Below, piece after piece: positions 51,071 through 62,684 of a DNA stretch of 64,000 bases. The stretch lies in contig CM075993.1 in assembly GCA_038087875.1 (NCBI GenBank), positions 4,528,001-4,592,000 on the forward strand, in the 5' to 3' direction. Under the pieces are notes generated by a model that saw nothing but the letters and a program-made list of their open reading frames with translations, ran no database searches and was not told where the DNA came from. The stretch is from Malacoraja senta (lineage: Eukaryota). The number at the start of each line of letters is the position of its first letter. The stretch's first letter is position 1. Made by a program: the position numbers and the translations under genes.

Positions 51071-53314
51071 TATGGGTACAGATCAATAAGTAAAATTAAG
51101 CAAAATGTAAGTGCAAAGTCAAATAAAATAATGGTACTTCATATTAGAGTCATGGAGTGATACAGTGTGGAAACAGGCCCTTCAACCTAACTTGCCCACA
51201 CCGGCCAACATGTCCCAACTCCACTAGTCCCACCTGCCAGCATTTGTTCCATACCCCTCCAAACCTATCCTAACCATGTACCTGCCTAACTGTTTCTTAA
51301 ATGCTGGCAGCTTGTTCCATACATCCACCACCCTTTGTGTGAAAAAGTCACCCCTCAGATTCCTATTAAATCTATTCCCCTTCACCTTAAACCTATGTCC
51401 TCTGGTCCTCGATTCACCTCCATTGTAACTGTATTTTACAACAGTACTAAATATCTACAGGTTACTCGGAGTGTCAATCTGAGATGCCTTCTGTGAATAA
51501 AGCTGAGATTGTGTAAACCAATGCAGATAAAATCATGAGACAAATCAATTATATGGGCCATTTTAGCTGAGCGAGAGGCACGCACAGCCCTGGAAAGTAA
51601 CTACAGGGAACCCTCATGAACATTTTGTCTCAATGGCTGAAGGGTGGTGGTAACATTGCTCCAACTTGTTGCCCTCAGTAGGATCAAGCAATTCGAGCAG
51701 GAGATTGTTCTGTGGTCTGCTTCTTCACTGGGCAATGGAGATAGCAACCATCAACAGCACTCTACACCTCGCACTCGTTTGGCTATCACTGCTTTGACTG
51801 ATCAATTCTCACAATTTGAAAAATGAGCTAACCACACTATTCTTTACTCCAGCAGGGACATGAAAAAGTGTCGTTTTTAGTTGCCAGCTGAGATCAAGGG
51901 CAACACAGCAAGTACCCTGCAACACTTTTACAAATTAACAATCTGTATTTTTTTTCCCCCTTTATGAATATGCAAAGGCCACCAATTCCCACCGTGGTCA
52001 TTCTTACTAACTTAATTCCAGTCCTGAACAAAAGTGGATTCATCTGTCATTCCTGTAATTTAATCATTTCAGCTTCATCCAATTATCCAATATAATATGC
52101 AAATGAAATGGACAATTGGCGTTGCATACTAATTGCATTCATCAGAATAATTAAATCAGAGTGGAAAGTTTAACTGAACAATCATAAAACCTAAGCAGGT
52201 TCTTTAATTAAGGCTACAAAAATTTAATTAGGGACTGTAATCTGGCCTTAAAATGCTGAAGAACTCCAGTGCGATAAGGAACATTACTCTTATTATCAAG
52301 TTTCCCTTCTGAGGCCCTACTTACCATCTTGGGATATCTATCAGACATCTGTAAGATAACCAACTGTGGCAGATTGTAGCCAATTTATCAGCACAGTGAA
52401 GCTTGCTTACTAGCTAATTACGCAGTATTCCAAAGATGCTGGTGTAATAATCCCAGGACCACTGTGGGATTTCAGGCTCTGCTACCTAACAACAAATCCG
52501 TACCAGTTGAACAGAAATGATGAAGGTGAGATTAAAAAAATCTCTGATAGAAGCCATTGGCTCAATGGTTGTGTTATGTGGATTGGGAATGGCATCATTT
52601 CCAAAAAAATTAACCAGCAAACCCTGGGAAGAAAAATTCTGTTCCATTCGTTTACGCACAGATTATGCAGAAACTCGGGTTTCTCTGCACTACATTGCTG
52701 CATTTTGATGAGTAGACAGCAATTTAATCAATACGAGATGTCCAGTCATCAAGCACCTCCTTTACCCTGCAAAATCTTTGAACACATCACCTCACAAATC
52801 CTTGCCCAGAACTCCCTGCCTCAATATTTCCAATTTAATTTTGACACCCACCCACCACTGAACAGAAGTCACAAATGGCATTCAATGACACTGTTGTGTC
52901 TTCACCTCTTCAGTGGCTGCTGATGCTTCATTTCCAGCTGAAAAGAATTATCCTTACTAGGTTTTAATTGCAAATTTATGACCCAAACATATCCACTAAC
53001 AGGCCCCATCTCGAGGCTTTACATTATATCTGTAGGCATTTATTGATTTGTCCTCAAACCCGTAGTCAATAATCCATCTTCTTAGGCAGTCCCTTGGGAA
53101 TCCAAGACCACTTGCTTCCACTTCAGCTTTGTGAGTTCTGAGGCGACTGATAAGGTCAATGGGGAAACCACAGACATTTACCACAGGTAATGTTGTCGGA
53201 GCCTGATGGGCAGACTGTTGGTAGCTTGTGAGACCCTCTGGTGCTGCTACAGTTTATGCTTTTATGCCCTTGTGGCATTAATATTACCAATGATCTGTCG
53301 TCAACCAACTGTAT

Positions 53315-53942
53315 TGAACCAACAGCCAAGGCGGCACACCAATGTCTTTATTTCATGAGACAGAGAAAACTCAGCATGTCTCCAATGTCTCTTACACACC
53401 ACAGAATCACCGTAGACCACCACAGCTTGGTGTGGGAACAGTTCGGCCCCAGACTGCAATAAATTACAGAGAGTTATAGATGTGGCCCAGTCCATCAGAC
53501 AGACCAGACTTCCCACCATTTACACTTCACGCTGCCTCAAAAAAGCAGGCAACATAATCAAAGTCTTTGTCCCACTCCGGTAATTCCTTCTTCTCCCCGC
53601 TCCCTTCTGGCAGAAGGTACAGAAGCTAGAAAGCACGCCCCACCAGACACAGGAATAACTTCTTCCCCTCTGTTATCAGGCTCCTTTGGAGCGCACTTCC
53701 ATAAGCTAGGGTTCTGTCTGATTCACATCAACCCCATTGTAGACATAGGACTCTATCCATGGTGTGCACTGATGTGCTGCAATACTAAGAACTATATTCT
53801 GCACTCTGTATCTTCCCCTTTGTTCTACCTATTGTACTGGAGTTTGACTTGATTGTATTTATGTATAGAATTATATGATCTGATTGGTTAGCATGCAAAG
53901 CATAGGTTATCACTATACCTCGCTGACAATAATAAACCTATT
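53315..53942 (+). mobile_element. Rex1/Babar-like LINE 3' fragment, degenerate
   Basis: AKAAHQCLYF.R.RKLSMS and KLQRVIDVAQSI remnants; tail ...GACAATAATAAACC. Related pieces at 25715-26460 (-), 2030-2890 (+) and 49690-50130 (-). Confidence 0.65.
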
Positions 53943-55333
53943 CTGAAGTTTACACAGGGCGTCAGTGTACTGCTGAAGCATGGATTCGAATGCTCCTTCT
54001 CTCTTTTGAGTAGTCAGACCACAGATACTCAGAGTCAGAGCTGCAATTGTTCAAGAATGCGTTGATCTTTTTCCTTTACCAGCCTGGTAATTTTTTCTCA
54101 TTACACAGGTTGGAAGAGTCTTAGTTTTGAGAGTCTTGTGTTAGGCTTGTAAATTACATGACCTGCCATGAAGACTGAAGAAGGGTCCCGACCTGAATCG
54201 TCACCTATCCTTTATCTCCAGAGATGCTGCCTGACCCGCTGAGTCACTCCAGCACTTTGTGTCTATTTTTTTTGTAAACCAGTATTCCATTACTCATCAG
54301 TTTGAAAAAAATCCAAGAGCCACGCTAACAACTACACATAATAAATGGTCAATGCAGAAATAGAAATCATGAGACAATATATAAATATATTAAAATACCA
54401 ATTTCATATTAGGCTGTAAACAGTAAGTAATAATTGTATGACTCCCCACATAATGATGGCAAATTATATGGATATGGGGATCTTTCTGACTGGGATGATA
54501 AAAGTGGATGGAATAACCACTCTTTGGATAAGACCGTTTGAAACAAAATACTAATAACAGAATCGGAAATGAAAGTGGGCAATGGTTGAAAGACAATATG
54601 AAAATATTTGGTTAGAAAATGAAAAAAGTACTTGCTGTGCTTTCTTACACCCTAATTTTGTCTGAAGTGGTTGGAAAGTCTGGTCCCATATGCATCAAAT
54701 GGCTTTAAAGCCATTTCACCCACAGCTAACCCACACTTCCACCGGTTTCTTTAATAACATATTGGCCTTAACCCAGCAGCTCGGGTCATAATGCCACGAT
54801 AGTTGTCGTGAGCATTCTGATGGCCTGTAGATTATTAATTGTACTTGAGTTTGCCACTCAATCACATAACAATAATGTTATGAGCTCTTTTTATGTTGTT
54901 AAATGTTTCTTGGCTGATGCACCTTTAAATGTTCGAAACTAGAGGAAGTATCTCATTAAACAGCTTTTTTTTTTTTTTTAATTAATATTTTTTTATTGGA
55001 GATGCGTACACAACCTAGTTACATCATTACAGTCTTACAGTCTTACATTTTTAAATTGATAATATTGTTAAATATTATTACAATGTCTCCAATACTTTTT
55101 GCTTTTTTTTTTTTTAAACTAAATAGAACTAAAGAGAAAGATGAAGTAAAGAAAGAAAAGAAAGAGAAGAGAAACAAATAATAATAATAAAACAAAAAAA
55201 AACCAAAAAAACAAAAAAATTGAGAAAAGATAGTTAAAGGAGAATGGAAAAATTTATTAAAATAGAAAACTTCATTCGAGATATATTCGTACATTTCTAG
55301 ATATAGCATTTCATCCATTCTTTAGCCCGGGTG

Positions 55334-58300
55334 TTAGTCAGGTTCCTGTGCTGAACTGTTCTGACCCTTTAGGTAATCAATAAAAGGAGACCATGTTCCA
55401 ATGAATAATTCCTGTTTGTCCAACAGGGAGAGTCTGATTCTTTCCACGTTTAAGGTCTCCGTCATTTCTATAATCCACATTTTGATTGTGGGGGTCGTAG
55501 GGCCTTTCCAAAATTTTAGAATTAATTTTTTTCCTGTTATTAAACTATAATCAATAAAGTTTCTTTGTGTTGTTCTAAATGTTTGATTTAATTCTAATAT
55601 TCCAAGTATTATTAATTTTGGGTCTGGGTCCAATTGTGTGCTGGTTACTTTAGATATTAAACTGAAAATATTTACCCAGAATTGTTTAATTTTTATACAG
55701 TTTGCAAACATATGAGATAAGGTAGCTTCTAAATGTTGACATTTATCACATATAGGTGAGATATGTTGAAAAATTTTATGTAGTTTTGTTTTAGAATAAT
55801 GTAACCTATGTATTACTTTAAATTGTATTAGAGAATGTCTGGCGTTTAATGAACATTGATGTATGTGTTGCAAACTTTCTTCCCAAGTATCTTTCGTTAT
55901 TATTTGATTTAATTCTTTTTCCCATGTTTGTCTGTGTAAGTCCGTCGATGGAATGTCACTGTCTAATAAGATATTATATATATATGATATTAATTTTTCT
56001 GTATTAGGATGTTTGTTCCAACATTCATCAAGAATTTCTGAATTTCTAATTCTAAAATTTTGAGTATTTGATTTTACGTAATCTCTAAGTTGAAGATATC
56101 TGAAGTAATCATTTCCTCGAAGTCCGTAAGTCTGTTGCAACTCCTGAAATGTCAGAAAAGTGCCTTCGTTGTAAAGTTGTCCCATATTTTTAATTCCATA
56201 ATTCTTCCATTGTGTAAAACCCCCGTCCAACCATGAAGGCTTAAACAAAGGGTTATTCACAATTGGAAGAAAAAGTGATAAATTATCTAATTTTAATGTC
56301 TTTTTTAATTGTTTCCAAATTCGTATAGCACTAAATATTATAGGGTTTTCCCTATAAATTTTTTTGTTTAATTTAGACGTAGCAAATAAAATCGAACCGA
56401 TATCAAAAGGTAAACAATCTTCCTTTTCCATTTTTAACCAGTCTGGTTGATGATCTATTTCTTCCAACCAGAAATTCATATTTTTAATATTAACTGCCCA
56501 GAAATAAAACAAAAAGTTGGGTAAAACCAAGCCTCCATTTATTTTTGATTTACACAAATGTCTTTTGTTTATCCTATGATTCTTATAATCCCAGATAAAA
56601 TCATTAACAATAGAGTCCAGTTTTTTAAAAAAGGTTTTTGCCAGATATATCGGTAATGTCTGAAACAGGTATAATATTTGCGGTAAAAAAATCATTTTTA
56701 TGGCATTAATTTTGCCTACCATTGAGATAGGAAGTGTTTTCCAGTATTGAATATTCTTATGTAGTTTATTTAGTAATGGTGGAAAATTTGCTTTAAATAA
56801 TGATGTATATTTCTTAGTTATATAAATACCTAGATATTTAAATTTTTCCTTTACTATTTTAAATGGATATTGTTGTATTATCTGTTTGTTATGTTCCCTT
56901 ATTGGCATAATTTCACTTTTATTCCAATTTATTCTGTATCCTGAAAGTGAACCAAATTGGGTTATTAGCTTTAATAAGTTTGGAATACTAATTTCTGGTT
57001 TTGTAATATAAATTAATACATCATCTGCATATAGAGAAATCTTATTCACTGTGTCCTTTGTGTTATATCCGTGTATTTCCGGATGCCCCCTGACTCTTTC
57101 TGCAAGTGGCTCAATAGCGAGCGCAAATAATAATGGAGATAACGGGCATCCTTGTCTACAACCTCTAGATAGACTAAATTTAGATGACAACCTTTGGTTT
57201 GTAAATATTCTAGCCGTGGGATTTGTATATAACAGTTTTATCCATGTACAGAATTTCTCCCCTAACTGCATATTTTCCATCACCGAAAATAAATAAGACC
57301 ATTCGACCTGATCAAATGCTTTTTCAGCGTCAAGTGAGATTATTGCTAGATCTTCATTAATATTTCTCTTGGAATATATAATATTAAATAATCTTCTTAG
57401 GTTATAATATGAGTACCGTTTCTGAATAAAGCCTGTTTGATCAGGGTGTATTAATTTATTCATCATTGTACTTAATCTATTCGCTAGTATTTTAGTTAAT
57501 ATTTTCTGATCTGTATTTAAAAGTGCGATTGCTCTATATGATCCCGGGTCTTCCAGATCTTTATCAGCTTTAGGAATAAGTGTTATTATAGATTCATTTA
57601 AGGTGTCTGGAAGTTTCTGTTGAGTATAGATATACTCGTACAACCTTTGTAAACGTGGACAAAGCAAGTCATGAAATTTTTTATAAAATTCGGAGCCTAA
57701 ACCATCTGGTCCTACTGCTTTCCCATTTTTTAAAGAGCCGATTGACTCCTCAATATCTTTTATGGTAATCTCCCTTTCTAATAATTCTCTATCGTTTGAA
57801 TCTAAACCTTTTAAATTACATTTTAGTAAAAAATCTGCTATTCCTTCTGATTGTCCTACGGTTTTAGTTGAATAAAGGTTATGATAGTATTGGAGAAATC
57901 TATCATTTATGTCCTTGGGCATTTTTAATAATTCTCCTGTCTCTGTTCTAATTTTATGAATTATTTTTTCCCCTTCCATTTTTCGTAACTGACGTGCTAA
58001 TAGTTTTTGTGGTTTGTCTCCAAATTCAAAATGTAATTGTTTGGTTTTTTGATAAAGTTTTATTACTTGTTCTGAATACATTTTATTTAATTTATATTTC
58101 AATACAGCAATTTTATTATGTTTTAAAATAGATGGCGTTCTCGCATTTTCTATATCTAGTTGCTTGATTTCCCTTTCCAATGTTTGTTGTTTAATCCTGT
58201 TCTCTTTATTATAAAATGCTTGAGCGGAAATCAATGTACCACGAACAAACGCTTTAAACGTTTCCCACATAAGAGAAGTAGGTGTGTCAGGGTTGTCATT

Positions 58301-59149
58301 TACCTCAAAAAATATTTGAATCTGTTTAATAATATATTCCTGGCATGATCTTTCGTTCAAAATTTGTGGGTTAAATCTCCAATATGTTTGTTTCTCGGAC
58401 ATTCCATTTAATTTAATCATGAATGTTACAGGTGCGTGATCTGAGATTATAATGTTATGGTATTTTGAATTATAAATAAATGGGATAAACCTAGAGTCAA
58501 CCAAAAAATAATCTATTCTTGAGTATGTTTTATGTACTGGTGAGTAAAATGAGTATTCCCGTCCAGTTGGGTTTTCTATTCTCCAGACATCTTTAATATT
58601 AGTGGTATTAATAAATGAATTTAAAAATACACTTGATTGAGATTTTACTTTTTTTTGCCTTGAAGATCTATCTAAGTATGAATCTAATGTACAGTTAAAG
58701 TCTCCTCCAATTATTAATTTATATTGTGTAAATTCAGGAATTTTGTTAAATGTTTTATTAAAAAACATGGGGTTATCAAAGTTAGGCCCATATACATTAA
58801 GAAGAATCACTTTTTCTCCATTTAACTCTCCTACTAATATAATATATCTACCATCTATATCCACTATTGTTGAAGAGTTCGTAAAATGTATTCCTTTACG
58901 AATTAGTATTGCAACTCCTCTGGATTTATGGGAAAAAGAGGAATGATATGATTCAGCGATCCACTTTGCTTTAAGTCTATGTTGGGATTCCTTTTTAAGG
59001 TGCGTTTCTTGGAGGAATATTATATCTGTTTTGATTAGGTTTAGATGTGCCAAAACTTTACCTCTCTTAATTGGTTCATTGATTCCCTTGACATTCCAGC
59101 TACAAAATGTTATTCCCTGGCCCCCTCTTGTCATATTAACATCTTGCAT
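55334..59149 (-). CDS. L1 ORF2p: APE endonuclease + reverse transcriptase + C-terminal CCHC, 1271 aa, uninterrupted
   Basis: APE motifs SWNVKG, LQETH, GGDFN, SRIDY, SDH. RT motifs GPDG, DAEKAFD, RQGCPLSPLLF, YADD, YLG. Zinc knuckle CDKCQHLEATLSHMFANC. Confidence 0.97.
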   Translation of the reverse strand: MQDVNMTRGGQGITFCSWNVKGINEPIKRGKVLAHLNLIKTDIIFLQETHLKKESQHRLKAKWIAESYHSSFSHKSRGVAILIRKGIHFTNSSTIVDIDGRYIILVGELNGEKVILLNVYGPNFDNPMFFNKTFNKIPEFTQYKLIIGGDFNCTLDSYLDRSSRQKKVKSQSSVFLNSFINTTNIKDVWRIENPTGREYSFYSPVHKTYSRIDYFLVDSRFIPFIYNSKYHNIIISDHAPVTFMIKLNGMSEKQTYWRFNPQILNERSCQEYIIKQIQIFFEVNDNPDTPTSLMWETFKAFVRGTLISAQAFYNKENRIKQQTLEREIKQLDIENARTPSILKHNKIAVLKYKLNKMYSEQVIKLYQKTKQLHFEFGDKPQKLLARQLRKMEGEKIIHKIRTETGELLKMPKDINDRFLQYYHNLYSTKTVGQSEGIADFLLKCNLKGLDSNDRELLEREITIKDIEESIGSLKNGKAVGPDGLGSEFYKKFHDLLCPRLQRLYEYIYTQQKLPDTLNESIITLIPKADKDLEDPGSYRAIALLNTDQKILTKILANRLSTMMNKLIHPDQTGFIQKRYSYYNLRRLFNIIYSKRNINEDLAIISLDAEKAFDQVEWSYLFSVMENMQLGEKFCTWIKLLYTNPTARIFTNQRLSSKFSLSRGCRQGCPLSPLLFALAIEPLAERVRGHPEIHGYNTKDTVNKISLYADDVLIYITKPEISIPNLLKLITQFGSLSGYRINWNKSEIMPIREHNKQIIQQYPFKIVKEKFKYLGIYITKKYTSLFKANFPPLLNKLHKNIQYWKTLPISMVGKINAIKMIFLPQILYLFQTLPIYLAKTFFKKLDSIVNDFIWDYKNHRINKRHLCKSKINGGLVLPNFLFYFWAVNIKNMNFWLEEIDHQPDWLKMEKEDCLPFDIGSILFATSKLNKKIYRENPIIFSAIRIWKQLKKTLKLDNLSLFLPIVNNPLFKPSWLDGGFTQWKNYGIKNMGQLYNEGTFLTFQELQQTYGLRGNDYFRYLQLRDYVKSNTQNFRIRNSEILDECWNKHPNTEKLISYIYNILLDSDIPSTDLHRQTWEKELNQIITKDTWEESLQHIHQCSLNARHSLIQFKVIHRLHYSKTKLHKIFQHISPICDKCQHLEATLSHMFANCIKIKQFWVNIFSLISKVTSTQLDPDPKLIILGILELNQTFRTTQRNFIDYSLITGKKLILKFWKGPTTPTIKMWIIEMTETLNVERIRLSLLDKQELFIGTWSPFIDYLKGQNSSAQEPD

Positions 59150-60244
59150 ATTGTTTCTAAGGTGGTCTATAGCCGAGCAGAGAGTACAACACGTAGAACC
59201 TGATCCTGCTACCGAGCTTCAGACAGATGAATATAAAATCATATACATCGCTCTTCCGAACACATCTCCTTGTATTAGACTTGTTTTTCCATTCAAACGT
59301 TGAGTTATAAAAATATTTAAAGTGAAAGAAGTGATAGAGTTGATTAGTAAAGGGTGAAAGAAAAATAACTACATCTACAATTAGTGTAGTTAGTGATAGC
59401 CACACTAACGTGGCTAGAATTCTAAAGACTTCCGTAGCCTTTGTAAAAAAAAAAATTCCCAGCTCCGTGCCCGAAGAAAAAAAAAAAAGATTATTTCTAA
59501 CATTCAAATAACTTCTTTGGGAGTAACAAACTTATATACATACCCATACCTACACACACACACCATACATACATATAAATATGTATATATACCCATGTGC
59601 GTACATTTACAAGCACGTATCCCTGCAGACAAACTCAAGAACAGCAAAAATTCACAACGTTATTGTTCTCTACATGTTATATTATTTTCTTCGCTAAATC
59701 TATAAATTTAATTTTGATTTGAAAATCAAAGAGGAAAACCGTCAAGTTTTATTATGACCTAGGCAAATTTACCTCTTGCATATCCTCTTATATAATCTAA
59801 GTATGTAATTCATCTCTACCTTAATCAAAGACTATTAATTATTAATCATTGTTATCCATCAATACAGTATTAAATTTTTATGAGAGAAGTTAATGTTAAT
59901 AATTTTAGTAGTAATGTGGATATTAAATAAGTATTAGTTGTAGTTAGGTGTGAGTATACAGATTATAACAATGACTAGTAAAATTAATAAAATAAAAAAA
60001 TAAACAATACAAAGATCCCGATTTTCTCCAATGTTCTCCGTCCATTTCGGTTTTCGAATGGCCTTAAAGCTCTTAAAAGAACTTTAAAGGTCTTCCGGTG
60101 GCGCTATGGAGGCTTGAGTCCAGCGCCAACTAGCTCCGTGCCGAAGAAAACTGAAACGGGAGAAAAATCGGGTCTTACCTGCAGCGATCGCGATCTGAAA
60201 GGCTGCCTGCCGCGTGACGTTATCAGGAGTGCGACTTGGACGGT

Positions 60245-61282
60245 ATGTCGACACAACGTTCTCCCCCTCCCCGTGGGATACAAAAAAAAACCGGTAAAGG
60301 GAAACCCCCTCCGATGGAAGAGGAAGGCCCAACTGAGGCCTCGGCCTCAGGTACAATGACTGCCCAGGAAGAGCCCCCGAAGAAAACAAAACAGAAAAAG
60401 ACTGAAATGGATGATCTTAAAGCTTTTCTTACTGCCGAATTGAAAACCTTTGGAGAGAATTTTAAAGAAGAGCTTTACTCTTTTAAGGTAGATTTTAAAG
60501 CAGAAATGCTTTCTACCGTTCAAGAAATACTGGAAGTCTGGAAGAGGTCAAGGGAGGAGGAGGACAAGGAACAGATGGAAGAGCTGGAAGTAAGGATCGC
60601 TTCGGTGGAAGCGAGCGTTAAAATGGAGGTGGACCCCATTCATCAAGAACTCGATCAACATAGAACAGCAATAACTGAACTTGAGAAATGGGCGGCGACA
60701 AGTGCGGAAACTGTAGGTCGACTCATTAATGAAAACCAACGCCTCTCCGAAATGGTGATCAAATTAAGTGATAAATGTACCGATTTGGAGGGACGTCAAA
60801 GACGTATGAACCTAAGAATTGTAGGGGTGAAAGAAGGAAGTGAGAAGGATATGGGCACTCGGGATTTTGTGGCAGACCTATTACAAAAAGCCTTAAAATT
60901 GGATTACAAACCTTCACTCGGTCGAGCTCATAGAGCGCAGCGACGTCGTACACAAGATGAAGCCCACCCAAGACAAATCATCGTAAAGGTACAACTGGAT
61001 CATGAATTTGACGATATAATGAGGAAAACTGTTCAAGGCGGACAGCTCCTTTTTAAAGGGGTGAGATTCAGTATTTACCGAGATTATCCGGCAGAAGTCT
61101 TCAAGAAAAGAGCGCTGTTCACTGAGACAAAAAGAATACTGAAGAATATACCGGGTTTGAGATACGGCCTGCTTTATCCCGCAAGACTAAGAGTCTCCTT
61201 CAAATCTAAGGAGCTATTTTTTACAGACCACGAAAAAGCACTGGAATACGCCAAAGAAACCGAGAACTTGACCGTAGACTGA
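60245..61282 (+). CDS. L1 ORF1p (coiled coil, RRM, CTD), 345 aa from the first ATG, inverted relative to ORF2
   Basis: Heptad-rich N-terminal half, then DLEGRQRRMNLRIVGVKEG, RAHR and YPARL, the typical L1 ORF1p signatures. Confidence 0.93.
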   Translation: MSTQRSPPPRGIQKKTGKGKPPPMEEEGPTEASASGTMTAQEEPPKKTKQKKTEMDDLKAFLTAELKTFGENFKEELYSFKVDFKAEMLSTVQEILEVWKRSREEEDKEQMEELEVRIASVEASVKMEVDPIHQELDQHRTAITELEKWAATSAETVGRLINENQRLSEMVIKLSDKCTDLEGRQRRMNLRIVGVKEGSEKDMGTRDFVADLLQKALKLDYKPSLGRAHRAQRRRTQDEAHPRQIIVKVQLDHEFDDIMRKTVQGGQLLFKGVRFSIYRDYPAEVFKKRALFTETKRILKNIPGLRYGLLYPARLRVSFKSKELFFTDHEKALEYAKETENLTVD

Positions 61283-61596
61283 AGAATTTACTTTACGTCT
61301 TAGGAGTCAAGGACTAACAGGACCTCATTAAACAGCTTAATGGTCTATTTTGATATTGGTTTGGAAAGGTCTCTAATATGCACCTGGTGCTTTGCTTTAA
61401 ACATGCTCGATGTTTCAGATGTACCTGGAACGAACAGGTGGGGGAAACAATCTCCTTGTATATCCATTTGATACAGGCTTCTTCTAATATTGTTTGAAGG
61501 CAATATCCCTCAGGGGATAAATACAGTGCCTAATGGTGTATGATTTACCTGTTCAAACCAAGAAGGTACGAGGTTTGGTCTCTGATTCGTGCTAAC

Positions 61597-62035
61597 CATA
61601 TTTGGGCACCATATCTGAGGAAAGATGTGCTGGCCCTGGAGAGGGTCCAGAGGAGGTTTACAGGAATGATTCCAGGAATGAGTCGGTTAACCTATGGTGA
61701 GCGTTTGACGACACTGGGCCTGTACTCGCTGGAGTTTGGAAGAATAAGGGGGGACCTCATTGAAATGTACCGAAAAGTGCAAGGTTTGATTAGAGTGGAT
61801 GTGGAGAGGATGTTTCCACTAGTGGGAGAGTCTAGGACTAGAGGTTATAACCTCAGAGTTAAAGGACGTTCTTTTAGGAATTTCTTTAGTCAGAGGGTGG
61901 TGAAGGCTGTGGAGGCCAAGTCAATGGATAATCTCTGCCATTAAAAATATCCACTAACTTAGCTTCCACAGCCTTCTGTGGCAAAGAATTCCACAGATTC
62001 ACCACCTTCTGACTAAAGAAATTTCTCCTCATCTC
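61597..62035 (+). mobile_element. CR1 fragment with a short inverted piece (61940-62035)
   Basis: WAPYLRKDVLALERVQRRFTGMIPGMSRLTYGERL..LGLYSLEF.RIRGDLIE. Confidence 0.82.
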
Positions 62036-62400
62036 CTGTATTTGCCTGGCTATTTTACTACCAATAACTGTGGTAAACATCTTATAGAAACACACTTTAT
62101 TCAATATTCATGGATAGATGAAACAAAATATTTGCATTTATGGCCTTTGAAAACTTTAGGATATTGCAAAACATGATACCCAAAGAAGTACCTTTGTGAT
62201 GTAGGAAATGTGGTGGCCAAAATAAGTACAACACAAAGACCAATGTAAAAATGACCATGTGAGTTGATTTTACGTGATATTTATGAAGGCATAACTGTTG
62301 CCTGGGTCACAGGGATTAATCTCGCTGCTTTGCTTTGAAATAATACCAAGGAAGCACGAGCTGATAGAGCCTCAGTTTGATGTCTTATCCAAAGATCTCC

Positions 62401-62684
62401 ACCGTCAGAAGAATAGAACTTTCTTGCTGATACCATGGGACATTTTTGGTACTCAAGTCTCTGGAATGGCAGTGAACTCTCAACCTCAGGATAGGAAAGG
62501 CTATGGGTAAGAAAGATTAAGAGGGATATGTGTCATATGGGAACCGTCAGAAGAATAGAACTTTCTTGCTGATACCATGGGACATTTTTGGTACTCAAGT
62601 CTCTGGAATGGCAGTGAACTCTCAACCTCAGGATAGGAAAGGCTATGGGTAAGAAAGATTAAGAGGGATATGTGTCATATGGGA
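62401..62684. repeat. Perfect 142-bp tandem duplication (62401-62542, 62543-62684)
   Basis: Both units run ACCGTCAGAAGAATAG...GTGTCATATGGGA with no differences seen. Confidence 0.95.

Larger units (their letters stand above)
54967..61323 (-). mobile_element. Apparently full-length L1-clade LINE with 5' inversion (5'UTR+ORF1 flipped to +), in a SCAPER intron
   Basis: TSD CTCATTAAACAGCTT at 54952-54966 and 61324-61338. Poly(A) tail (T-run 54965-54979) and AATAAA on - (54992-54997). Intact ORF2 on -, intact ORF1 on +. The target reads TT/AAGC on -. Confidence 0.93.

Noticed and set aside
59150..60244. A natively bidirectional retroelement with head-to-head ORF1 and ORF2
   Set aside because: The GACCT overlap rejoins the two parts into a conventional collinear L1 and one breakpoint coincides with the TSD, so an insertion-time inversion is simpler. 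Not fully excluded without other copies.
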